From Balanoglossus misakiensis (Eukaryota > Animalia > Hemichordata): a stretch of DNA of 64,000 bases. The notes under the pieces are model-generated. The model was not told the origin of the DNA and did no database searches. It saw only the letters and a list, made by a program, of their open reading frames with translations. This document shows, piece by piece, positions 12,816 to 25,400 of this stretch (position 1 is its first letter; the number at the start of each line of letters is the position of its first letter). The position numbers and the translations under genes were made by a program. The stretch is from contig CM082586.2 in the NCBI GenBank assembly GCA_040954595.2, forward strand, positions 1,741,124 through 1,805,123, in the 5' to 3' direction.

Positions 12816-15185
12816 TACCTTTAAGTATTGTACAGATTCCCGCCGAGAGAAAAGTGTCCCGTCTTCACCGTGCACGGAGAGCTACCCACGACAATATTTC
12901 GCTTTTTTATTGCCGAGGACTCTCACCGAGCTGCCCCGTCAATATGTGAGGAGTCGATTTATCGATAGTGTTTCCTTCGCTACTGCGTGAAAATATTTGG
13001 GGGCGGCATCAAAGTTCTGCTCATGCGCTTTCGCTTGTTTGTCGAGTTGTTGTAAATTGCATTTTGGTCGACGCCACAGCAAGCAAGGCGGATAGATGGA
13101 TAAATGTTTTTAATGTACAGGTACGGCGGTTCATCATGAGCTGTGAAAAATATGATAATGGAGGGAGAACATTTAGGAATGGGTGTCCACTTCGTGATGC
13201 GTCTCAAGGAATCGCTTTCGGTGTTTTTTCCAAGGAATTTGAGAACGTCTTATAGTTATTGTAGTCTCAGTGTATTACAGTTCCCCATAGAAATCTTATG
13301 AATTCAACAACAGTATTTGAGAAGCGCTAAATGTAAAGGTATTTACCCGACGTTCGCAAAAAAATCTCGACATCTGAGTATTGGTATCACGTCGAGAATT
13401 TCAATAAAATAAATGATAGATATTGGGAGTATATGACTCCACTCGATCAAAGGATTCGCGCGTGTGAAGGAACTCTATAACGAGATACTGCATATGCAAA
13501 ATAAAGCATCTGTATTTCATTTTCTCAGAAGTTCAGGTGTCACCCATACAAAGGTATCATTTCGTCGGCAGATATCATAAATCTGCTCACCACGTGAGAA
13601 TGAAAGATGGCATACGTGCGTCCAGTCATGAAACCCGTTGCCATGGTACATGTAATTTAACTTAAAGCGTTCAAGAAGTTGAATAACCGAGGCTCAAGAG
13701 AATTACATGTAAAGCTTGTTTTGACATAAAAAAGATACGTTCATTCTTCTATGCCAATGGAAACGTCACAGGTGACAACTATAAGTCATCTGTGGAAAAT
13801 AAACATTTCCTGCCTAATTTTTAAAAAGAAATGGCTGTTGGGAGGATTTTCATGCTGTTCGTAATCATTGTGTGATTTATAATTTGACCATTCTTCCGCT
13901 GAATCATGTTTTGCGTCACGAAAGATGTTTTCATCGACACCTGAGGAGCGCAGAGAGATGAAAAATACGATCAGAGAAAGGAAGTCGTTGCGAAATGATT
14001 AGAGTAATCGTTATAGAGAGATAACCGCAACACGATGCCGCGACAAGACCGCATACAGCTGACAGAGCTCGTTAATGGGGACCGACGTCAGACAGGTTCG
14101 AATTGCACTGTGCAATTTTCGCTCTTTAATACGCTCGTTACAGACCGCGCATCGGAGTCTTGAAGTCTTCTCGTATACATGTACTATAGTTTCTATTGTG
14201 TACACGGTAATAACCCGAAATGAGACATTAATGCAAGGTAGCCACGGTGTAATTCATGATCAGGTGTGCGCAGTATCCAACCGAACATCTTCTTACAATT
14301 AACGATGAACCCAAAAGTGCATCTCCCGGGGAACGTGTGATAGCCTGGCGTTATTTACCACCATTTCACTATTAATTGACAAGGCAGTTTAGAAGCGTTT
14401 TTGACGTGAAAAAATACGAGAATGCAGAAGACATTGGAACAAGACTAGAAAATGACTCCATGAAAAGAAGCGACAAGAGAGCATAAGACTTACAAATTAA
14501 ATATATTTATTGAGAATCTACTGATCAACTGACCATGTACATCAAGCATGCGCATTTGGATTGGAACAAGATTCGTTAAGGCAAGTTCTATTGAAGAGCT
14601 TGAGATGCAGGCTTCTGTCGTGTTATTTAGGTTCCTGAACAAAGATGAAAAAGCAGGAAAGAACCGGAAATTGACCGTTCATTTGCATGTGTTACACATG
14701 TTGCATGCTGGTAATTTTTTTCCGCTGGGCTCAAAGCCGGAAGTCCAATACTATAGGCGATCCATGGTATGGAAACTATACGTTGTGTACAAAATGAAGT
14801 GTTGTTGTAGCCTAAGAGTTGGCGCCACCATGTTGTGCTATCGGGAATAAACTCAAATCGAAAATTACAGAAATATTTTGAGTTTATTTTAAAGCAAACA
14901 AAACGCGTTGTTTCAGAACAAATATAACTACCTTAAATCAATTTATAATGCTAGATCAACACAATAAATATCTCAAAACCATAGTAAGATCGAAATTAGC
15001 GAAACACATCCAAATAAAAATCAATTCGCGTTAACTGAGGCTTAAAAAGCAATTTATACAACATAATTAAAAGTTGTATGAGAATACACGAACTGTAAAT
15101 GTATTAATGAATAAATGAAATGTTGCAAAGCGAGTTTTACTTCTCAGATAAGTTTCTCGAGCGTTCTTCAGTGAATGTGAGAGCT

Positions 15186-16872
15186 TCATTTTGTGCACAC
15201 TGCGCATGTCAGTTCGCCTCCGTCAACATACGGGCCATCACACGGCATGGCGCTGCCGTCTCGACAACGACTCTCCACGTGATAAAAACTGCCGCCCAGT
15301 GCGTAGCTTTCGGTGCCGTGGATGGCCTCGGGGGTGCCACTCATGCACACGAATTCAGTTCTACTGCGTCGGACGTTCACCCTCTCCGCAACCAGGTAAC
15401 CATGGTACTCCCGCCTCCAGGAGTCGTCCGGACACACATTCTTGGCCGGCACCATGATCACAGTGCTACGGTTGGGGACTCTGCACACGGCGCACGGAAC
15501 GTCGCAGCTGTTCAGATCACGCAGGCCCGTACTCCCAACCAAATTCCTGTACTGAGTGTGATAGACATACGATCGACTGTCTTGCACCCCGTTCACGATG
15601 CTACTGTAGATGGGGTCTGGGGGCATACACAAGAAGTTGACTCCACCTCCTTCGTGAGTTGAAAGTGAATTTCCGACAAATCCTGTAATCCAAAAATATG
15701 AAACTTTATCCACATATATAGACCAAACCATGGGTTACTGTACTTTTCGATTTTTCTACGATACACAAAAATCAACCGCACATACCACTGTAATACTCAC
15801 CCGAGTAAACGGTTTCGGCTCCAGATGGACAGATCGTTTCCCCATATAATGTATAGGTGGTAGCTGTTAAGGTAATATTGCCTGAAACGAAAACGGCAGG
15901 AGCACGGTTATGGTTTATATTCCACTGTCAAAACAAGATGGCGTCTAATGATGTTCTCCATTCTTTTACAAGGGCGTGTCAACCTTCAATTGACCGTTTG
16001 GTGGCGTACTTTAACTTTACCTGATCTACAGTGTGGACTTGGACCGCCAACATTGCAGTATTCTGCCCTTGGGTCGTCCGCCGTAGTGAAACACCAGGGG
16101 CCAGATGCCCCGTCGGGGTTCCTGCAGTAATTGTGGTTGCCGATTCCGCGGTCTGCATAGCCAGCGATGGTGATTGTGTGCGAATGCGGGCTTTGAAGAC
16201 TCCAGTTCTGACAGGTCAGTCCGCTCTGCGTCTGAGAGACGCGCCCGCGATAATCAGAACCGTCATCCTCTCTGTAACATTCCTCCTCTGAAAGAAATTA
16301 TAAATCAGTAAATTAGTAAACACAGGAGCATATAAATGATAAGAATAATTGAGGACGGCGCTGGCAAATGACAGTCAATAGGGGTGGGGTTCAACAATTA
16401 CCGTCAATGTATTCAGAGCCGAGTAAGCTGTCCAGGACCTCACTGCAGTCACACGACGTGCTTCGGCGTTGTCGAGAGAGAATTTCCGTTCGTTCTGACA
16501 ATTCCAATTCAAGGTCGTGCGACTTCTTCTCAAGCCTATCGATTTTTTCCTGAAAGAGGGGAGGGTGAGGGGGGACATTTCAAAACTACGGATTGGTGGT
16601 AACACTAGCCAGGAAATTCGGTACATTAATTGGTAACCTGTGAAAGTTTAACGGTTTGATACCTGTAATTGAAGCATCTTGACGTCTAGCAACTTAGCAA
16701 GTTCGTCCAGCGGAGTGTTGGTGTCGAAGCCACGCTCGCCGCCTTCTGCATTGTCTGTGTCAAATTCATCCTCAATTACAACGATGTCAGCCTGTACAGC
16801 GACCGCATTCAACTCAAAAATCGGCGCCAACACGAGGAGTAGGCAGAGGCAGCGACTGAGGCGAGCCAGCAT
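15186..16872 (-). CDS. Secreted kringle + spongin short-chain-collagen (C4)-like NC1 protein, paralog 1, ~400 aa
   Basis: Exons 16663-16872 (signal peptide), 16402-16549 (coiled coil, RQRR|S, CDC), 16021-16287 (kringle CYREDDGSDYRG...NYCRNPDG..PWCFT), 15801-15881 (TYTLYGETICP), 15186-15682 (GGGVNFLCMP...DVPCAVC...VPAKNVCP...EYHGYL...MPCDGPYVDGGELTCAVCTK). Intron phases 0/1/1/1 are consistent. Confidence 0.9.
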
Positions 16873-18358
16873 CTTCTACTTCCACGCTGGTCCTTATCAC
16901 GGGGGATAGAGTGACTACGTGTTGCCGAAGCAGAGGCAGGACCGTGACTGGGAAATCAGGGAACTGTGGGCGTCGACCGACTTCTGTCGTGCAGACACAC
17001 ACCTGTCCTGGCGTGTCCACGTGGCAGTCGTGGAAAAACAGTGGCGGTTTTTGATTGGTCCAAGTCAGGATGACAGTGAGACGGAGTTCTTTGTGACGTC
17101 ATTTCCATACAACTCTTACCAACTTCCCGGACCATGTACATAAAATTATAATAATCATACTTGTCTTCATTTACTATACATGTCCGTAACTTTCTTATAA
17201 CTTTCCCCGTATCTGTTCTGAAGGATAGCACTTGATTGACGACAAGATTTGTTTTCGGGTCCCGGTTTTTGACTGGCTACTTTGCATATTGTATAAAAAT
17301 TATTGGTTGATTTTTCCGGCAATTCTTAATTTGTATCCTATGGAAAGACACAAATATCACTTTTTCATAGTGCGTGTCTTCACACGTATCCTTAAAATTT
17401 GTGCATCTGGTGTGCCCAACTGGAGAGGTTGACAATTTAGACCTACACGCCCTCAGTGAAAGTGAAGAAATATCCACACCTACACATACCTTTTCAGAAA
17501 CCAATACGTCACTTTCATGACCCCTATATGACCCTACATCCTTGTACTTCCGTTGTTATGGGGTCGTCAAAATTCAACATTGTTGAACAAGAAACTTGAA
17601 GTAAAATGCTTGAAAAGAAATCGCCTTAGTACTTAATTTACTGCTGCTGCATTTGTGGAGGTTTTTGTAAGGTTTTATACAACTTGATGGAATTCTTACC
17701 AACAGAAGTACGAGTACGCAAGGTCGTGAGGGGTCATAGAATGGCCTATTGCCCCGGGGAAATAATTTCTTTGTACCGAGTCCAACCGAAACTGATTTGG
17801 CTAGCTTTGTCTTGCAATCGTTCACGCAATCGATCTTTTTCACACGTTACTTTAAGTAAACAGAACATCACATTTTCGAGAATATATATATTTATTTCTC
17901 TCTGTACAAAGGATAGAAGATATATATACACCAAACATTCTATGCAGACATTTTACAAAGTTCACGTCAAACGCAAAGAAAGAAACCTAATTTAGAAAGT
18001 ATGATATTTATAAAGGTTACATTCACTGCTATCTGGCATATTTCTTGGAACTTGTAAAACTGATCACGTGACAAGTCACATGCAATATCACATTGCCCAG
18101 GATGTTGAAATGCAATACGACTCACAAGTTCTACTTATCTCTGCTATGATTAAGAACTTTGGATAAAAAATTTATATTTTGAAATTTTTAGTAATTTTTT
18201 TTCTCTACATTTTGAAATAATTTTCATAAACATTTTTTTAACTAACACCTGACTGGAAACTTGGTTAATGGAGATCGTCAATCCCGAGTTCAATGTTTTT
18301 AGTGTTTGTAGGTTGATATTCTTAGTCTATGAGCGCAGGTAAGGCTCAAGCACGGAGA

Positions 18359-20490
18359 TCACTTGGTACAAACTGCGCAGGTCAGCTCGTGTCCGTTGAC
18401 ATACGGTCCATCACACGGCATAGCACTGTTGGGAGAACACCGTCCCTCGACGCTGAATACCTGGGTGCCATCCACCTGTCGCTGACTGCCGTGTATTTTC
18501 TCGGATCGCCTGTCCAGGCAGATGAACTCGGACGAGTGGCGACGAATCTCCACCCGCTGTGCGCCTAGGTAGCCGCTGTACTGAAGGGTCCAGCTCTCGT
18601 CCGGGCAGACGTTACGCGCAGGCACCAACAGGACACTGCTGTGCTTTGCAACGCGGCACACGGCGCAGGGCACGTCGCCGTTGTTGAGACCGCCGGGCAT
18701 GATCGGGTCGCTGTACTCGGTGTGGTAGACGTAGGCCCTGGTTACTTGGACGCCATCTTCTACTCGCTCGTATATGGGCTCGTGCGGCATACACAGAAAG
18801 TTGACTCCGCCGCCCTCTTGCACCGACATTGTGCCACCTACAAAACCTGCAAGAGAGTGAAATTACAACTTTAGAACATAAAAAGAAGACTTTGTTTGGT
18901 CGAAAATGCCATACCCGTAGTCATCGTCGCCAAATCAGAGTACACGTACGATAAAAGCTTTTAAATTCTAAATGCACTTGTCTAATTTCTATTCGAATAC
19001 TTAGTGCAAGTCACAATATGATTCGGTAGTTATCAATTGCGAAATTCAGTTTTTCAATACTTTACATGTACTTCCCAGTCGAGTCAAGTCCTGACACGGC
19101 TACTGGTCAAACATTTGCTTAAAGAAACAAACCTACCTTCGTATACGAGTTCATTGTCATCCGGGCAAGTGGTACGCCCATACCGAATGTAGGTGACACC
19201 AGTCCAAGTCAATGTTCCTTGAGGAATAAAAAATGCGAATTCGTCATTAAAATTCTTTCCAACTTGTTATTAATTAGACGCCATTCACAACTAATTATCA
19301 ATTATCGGGCACGTTATATTTTCCTATTAGAGCCATTTCAATGAGCATCCATATCGACTTTCTTGCGCAGTCTAACAAATAATTAAATATTTCGGCATGG
19401 TGTAATACTCACGTGGTTGGCACGTGTCGTCCGGTTCGCCTACGTCACAGACCTCCCTTTCTGTGCCGGCGTCCGTTGTAAAACACCAAGGTTGGGCAGA
19501 CGCATCCGGGTTCCTACAGTAGCTATGGTTACCAATACCGGCATCGCCATATTCTCCCTCAGTGAAGTTGTGGGCATGTGGGGTCTGCTCTGCCCAATTT
19601 TGGCAATCAAGGCCGCTGTCGGTTTGAGAGATTCTTCCGCGATAATCCGAACCATCAATCTCCTTGTAACACTCGGTCACTGGGGGTAAAAAGTGGGTAG
19701 GGATATTAGAGTCGGTCTGAAGTATTCCATTTTACCATTGTCATTCATTGGCCGTAAAACGATTTTTTAAAGTATTGGATTGCAGCGCATCTTTTGGGCA
19801 CGAATAACCTCAAACAGAAACCATGGGATTTATTATACGAGGACTGAACATATTATCGAATCGAATGAATTCTACTTACGGTCAACGCTTCCGCCCTTGT
19901 TAATCAACACGTCCTCCACAGCCTCTTCACACTCGCACGCGACGCTGCTACCACTTCGCCGCTGTCTGTGAAGTAGTTCCTCGCTAAAGTCACGTCTGCG
20001 CCGCTCCAAATTCTCGAGTCTCTTCTGCAAGAATCACAGGAAATGCCAGTTGATAAATAAAGACTCCACTATGACCCATTGCAATGTTTCAAAAACGATT
20101 CAGCAACATATTTTAAGCAGGCAACCTACAGACCGGTCGCCGTTTCACCGCTTGCATCAAATCTTATGCGGTCGCCATTTTGAAAAAAATTTCGGAAGAA
20201 GATGGCAATTACCAGGCTGCCTACGGATTTTTCCGGGTTTTTTTCTAAACACTGTCGACAGTTGCACGCGTTATAAGCTGACTTGCAAGACCAAATTTCT
20301 CCCTCTAGTGAATACCAAAATAACACTTGCGGCTTACCTTGAGTTCTGCAACCATGTAGTTCATTTCTGTCCTATCCAAATCGAAGGCGTCCTGTTCTGG
20401 AGACTCAATTTGCGCAAAATTCATGGATACAGCGCCCGACCCATGTAGGGACAGCAAAACGAGAAAAGCTAGTAGACACAGTCCCTTCAT
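18359..20490 (-). CDS. Secreted kringle + spongin short-chain-collagen-like NC1 protein, paralog 2, ~377 aa
   Basis: Exons 20338-20490 (MKGLCLLAFLVLLSLHGSGA), 19880-20024 (RQRR|S, CEC), 19413-19679 (kringle), 19137-19217 (TYIRYGRTTCP), 18359-18846 (NC1, ends LTCAVCTK). Same phases and the same 267-nt and 81-nt exons as paralog 1. Confidence 0.9.
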
Positions 20491-21786
20491 CTTGTTACAG
20501 AGCGTAGACGACGTGTGGACCACAGGGAAAAGTGAGCTTGTGGCAAGTACCACTCGCTTACAAATGAACAGAGAGTGACGTGTCGGCAGAGCGTTACTCG
20601 AGTGAGATGCACGATCGTACGAGACTGAGGCACTGGTCGCCAAGAACACGAGCTTTTCATTCAAATATCCTCGACCACGTGGCACTTGAATAGTCGGCCA
20701 ATGACGATCCGACACATTCAGCGACGTGGCATGTGAATTGTCCAATCACAGCATCAGTCTCAGCCAAAGGCAAAACGTCATTGGTCACTGTATTTTCAGC
20801 TGCCTGTAGGTGCTTATCGGACGTATTCGCCTATAGGCTAAACAAACACTCGACATTCACAGCACGACTTCATTTCTTCCAGTGCAGTCAAGCGTGCTGA
20901 AACGTAAGCCCACAAGCAAAATAAATAGAGTCTGGGCTTCGTTTACCTTTAAGTGAACTAAACTGTAATCTCACTGAGATATTGCCGTTAATACAGACGG
21001 TCCTTTGGATAACCAGTTAATGAAAATAATCCAATTTTGACCAAAATATCCAGTCAAAAATACGATACTGCTAACTAATAATTTTGCCATATTGACAAGG
21101 GACACCTATGGAACTCTTTAAATTGAAATTCCAAGCAATCGGATAAAGTATCAGTGAGCAGGTTTTTAAAGCAAAAATGCCCGATCAGTATCCTAAATAT
21201 ACAATCATGATGATCATGTTTGTCACTGGGAACCTACAGGCCAAATGTTATTCTCGTATAAATAAGTCCTTTGATTGTGTTTTTCTGAAGCCGTACAGAA
21301 GAAAGGGAGACATTTATCAGTTAAATAACAAAAGGGTCAAGAGAGCAACTGTGTCTTTTGATCTGCAGTGTGAAACGCAAAACGGAGTTCAAGGTATGCG
21401 TTGGCACATTGCCATTTATCGTTGTTTGTCTAGTGTTGGAAATGAAATAAAAGAAAAAGAAAAGTAATGTTATCTTGTCCAATGCAATGAGCATAAACAA
21501 CAGTTTATGCATAATTCGGCTACAGGCAGTTTACCTGGCACATGCACCCAATTAGAGGACACTCTAACACGTACAATTGTATCATTTTTTGTCTCTACTA
21601 TATTGCAACACGCAAAGAACTGTCAGTACCGTGACTTCTCAAAGAGAGAGCTTTAAAGTCCTTCAATTTGGGAGTGTATTGGCGAGAATGAGTGTTTTAG
21701 TTGTTTTTCGTGGCTCTGACGCGTTTAACTCTCTGAATCACCCAGCAATAATGGAATGAGCAAATCCCAAAATAAATGCATGAACG

Positions 21787-21817
21787 GTTGTTGTTGTTGT
21801 TGTTGTTGTTGTTGTTG
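21787..21817. repeat. (GTT)n microsatellite
   Basis: About 10 units seen directly. Confidence 0.95.
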
Positions 21818-22496
21818 GCACAATTCCATAAACCTATACCTTTATATTATTAAGAAAAGGAAAAGCCATTAATCTTCGTCGAATCTGTTGAGTAAGAAAC
21901 CACCAGACAATAGGTGCTCAAACCTTTTGATCGCAGCATCACGACTCTTGCCTCGCAGATTATTGATTGTTCAACTCGGAGTAAGCCTAATTGCGTGTGC
22001 ACCACTTAGTAAACACATCCTCGTGAAATTATTTTACTTTAAATGGACATAATGAAAATAACCAAGAATACAGCTTTACAGCTTTCAAATGACTGTTTAG
22101 ATGGTCAAGGGTGCTCAATTAAAATACACGGGGATGAAATTATTCGAACGACTTATTTCTCCGTGTGTTTTTTTTTTCAAGTGGTTATGAGTCGTTTTGA
22201 TATGACGCAGCATTGTATATTTTCCCAAGGCCATTTCCTGCTGGGTGTACTGCATGGCCATTGGTTGGGGTTTAACTGAAGCTCTCCTTGCCAAGTCATT
22301 GATTGGTCATAGCCGACCTGCCTCGATTACATATTCATGATAGTATCAAATCACCCAGCACATAATACCAACTATCCTTCAAAGTTAACTCAAAGTTTTC
22401 CAAAGCTGCGACGTAACACCACTGAGAAAACTTAAGACAAACTTCGTCGCACTTATATATTTTTGAAGCTGTTGACGTTCATGGTTTCTGAGAACC

Positions 22497-25400
22497 ATGC
22501 AAGTTGAACCGCAACCCGTCAATGGGGAAGCGCTGTCTGGGAAGAGACACAAACAAAGTCGGTGGTGCGGGCTGAAAGTATTTTTCGGCGCACTGATTTT
22601 GGTGGCGGTGATTGCCCTCGTGGTTTGTGTCCTTCTGTTCGTAGTTGAAATCCACAAACAAGGTAAATATTCTTCAGATCTCTGAAAGGATGGTATTTAA
22701 GTGTGATATTTAAAAGTTATATTCCACATCTCACATACTGAAATCGTGTTCATTAATCTAACAGGCACATCGTTACCTGGACCCACTACCATTATTCCCT
22801 GGCTCACTTCGTTGCCATGGACAACGACAACGGTAATGCCACCAATCGCCCGAGGTTAGTACCACTTTAAACTTACATTTTTAAGGAAGACTTGGTATTA
22901 GAAATTTGGAACAACTCAAGCAGTTTTCAACAGAGAAAAGCCAACGCTTGTCAGTGGTTTTCACAACAAGAGACCAAAACCACAAAATGTTTTAAGTTGG
23001 CTCCCTGTTTCATGATACAAATTTCCCAAACGCAAATGTCTCAGTCCAATAAATATATACAACTTAGATTTACATATCAGTGGAAAGCCCTCTCTGATAA
23101 GTTTTCCTGAGTTATCACAATTTGTAGTACATGAAACGCTTGATTTGGTTGTTTAAATGACGGATTTTGGATATTTTACTTTAAAAATATAATTGTCGCT
23201 CAGCATAACCGATATGGCACTAATAAATCGTCAAACTGGTGAAACACATATGCAGCTGCAGAAACAGATTTATACGTATGTCATTTTTGTTGTCGTATGT
23301 CTCAAAACAGACCTACACGTCCTAACTTGTGTATGAATTCAAGCGAATCCCCTGTATTCAAGTTTGCCCAAGATTAAACACGGGCTCTGCTCTGCTGTAG
23401 ATAAAATAGTGAGAAGTAGACCCAATAATTTATATTCGTGACGTTTGAAAAGCTGTCCATTGTTTGCTGTTTACTAGTGTTTATTTTATGTCTTGAGATG
23501 TCTTTGTCAGTGGTTGAAATTAGGGTTAAAGGTTTACTGCCGAAGGGACGCTGCATGATTTCATGACTTTAATTTATTGTCGTTTTGTTGTGAGTGTATT
23601 CTTGCGTTAACATAATTGATGGACTGCGCAAGTGTCGCTCAAAATGACGATTTTGCTCATTTTCATCAACATCACGTTCGGTAATGAATACTTTCTACCG
23701 GATTCTGGGCCAAGATTCCCGGTTCACCTCACTCATCACATTCACCCAACATTTTGTCCACCATTTCCTATCCCTTAGCCAAATAACGAAAGGTAGTCGC
23801 GCATGACTTGCAATCCAAGATACATCTCAGCCGAATGTGGCTTTTAAGATTTCATAAATATACTTGCATTATTTTTATTTTAGGTCGCACAACATGGTCG
23901 ACGTGGGGTGAATGGTCTGCATGTGACGTTACCTGTGGCGGTGGAAACCAGGCTCGTTCGCGGATATGCAATTCAGTTGCTGACTCAGATAGTTGCCCTG
24001 GGTATTCTCTTCAGACCAGAGTGTGCGGAGAATGGAATTGCCCAGGTTTCGAGATTATTTATTAAATTAATAACATCTTTCTGATTAGTAAAATTATTAT
24101 ACATCTAGTGCCGAGAACAATAGAATTTAGCGTGCAATAAAAAGCCGTACGGAACGGTACGTACGGAACGCGCGTTAAATAAGTTTTGAGTTTCAAGGCG
24201 CCCCAACTCACTGTGTACAGGTATGCGTTGTTGTGCGGACGGTTTCAAGACACCCCCACTCCAACGCACGTGCGCACACGTAAACAAAAAAGAAAGATGG
24301 CTGCTCACTGAGTCAACTGAGCGGTTTTCGATCGATTGTATCGGCATTTTGGGCGTTTTGAAAGCCAAGTAACATGCAAAACAAGAACTAACGGAGATGT
24401 AAGATGTATAATAATAAGGTTATTACGAAAATACCGCAAAGTATGCACTCGGACATTAGCGCAGCGCATCGCCCTCCGCTACGCGTCGGGCGATACTCAG
24501 CGCTAATGTCCTCGTGCATACTTAGCGGTATTTTCGTAATAACCTCATATTCTGTTCATTTTGTAAGCATTTTACTCCTAATTTCACTGAATGATATTTC
24601 GTTTAGGTTTAAGCTATGGACAAACTTCAACGCGACGTTTAGTCTTGCATGAAACATCTAAACAGCTCTACGATTTCTCTCGTGTATTACTCTTCAGATT
24701 GCAGTCAAGTGTGTACAGAAGGTGTATTGGACAGCACATGCTTGTTCTGTGTCTGTGAAAATGACACAGTGTCTGGTATAGTGAGTGATATTTCTGGCAC
24801 ACCCTTGAAAGATGTGGAGGTCTATAGAGCAGAAAACCCGCTTGTAGTGATCACCAATACTGACAGCACCGGCTACTATGAAGTACATGGAGTCTGCGTT
24901 AGTGGAGCTGAGTTAATTTTCGCAAAGGATAACTTCGTCGAGGAGAGAAGCATTACTTCATACTCTAGACGAAAACGGGCAGTCGAACGACAGTTTTCAA
25001 TGGCAGTCAAACTAGAACGACTTGGTAGGTATTATTAGCGACGAAAGGTTCCCAAATAGAGAGATCGTTGTATTCACACTTTTTCCAATACCACCGAAGT
25101 GGTTAACAGACATAATGCTCAGTTGTATAATTTAACTTTGCAAAATTTAACACTTTTAAGTTCCACATATAAAAATGTGGGCCAAATTCACGATAATTAC
25201 TTGACAAGCTACAAACAAAATTACGAATAGATAGCTCCGTACCTTCCGTATCTCTGTCAGTAGAATTATTCTGGTGTGTAATGACCTTTGCAAAGCGGAC
25301 CCATTTACTGATCTATCCTGTTCAATTGTCAAATCCGCACCATCTACATGATATGTTTCTTTTCTAGAACCGCTTGTGATGAGTGAAAATCCACAGAGTA

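Noticed and set aside
13941-13965. Hammerhead ribozyme core (CTGAGGA...GAAA)
   Set aside because: The intervening and flanking sequence does not form stems I-III.
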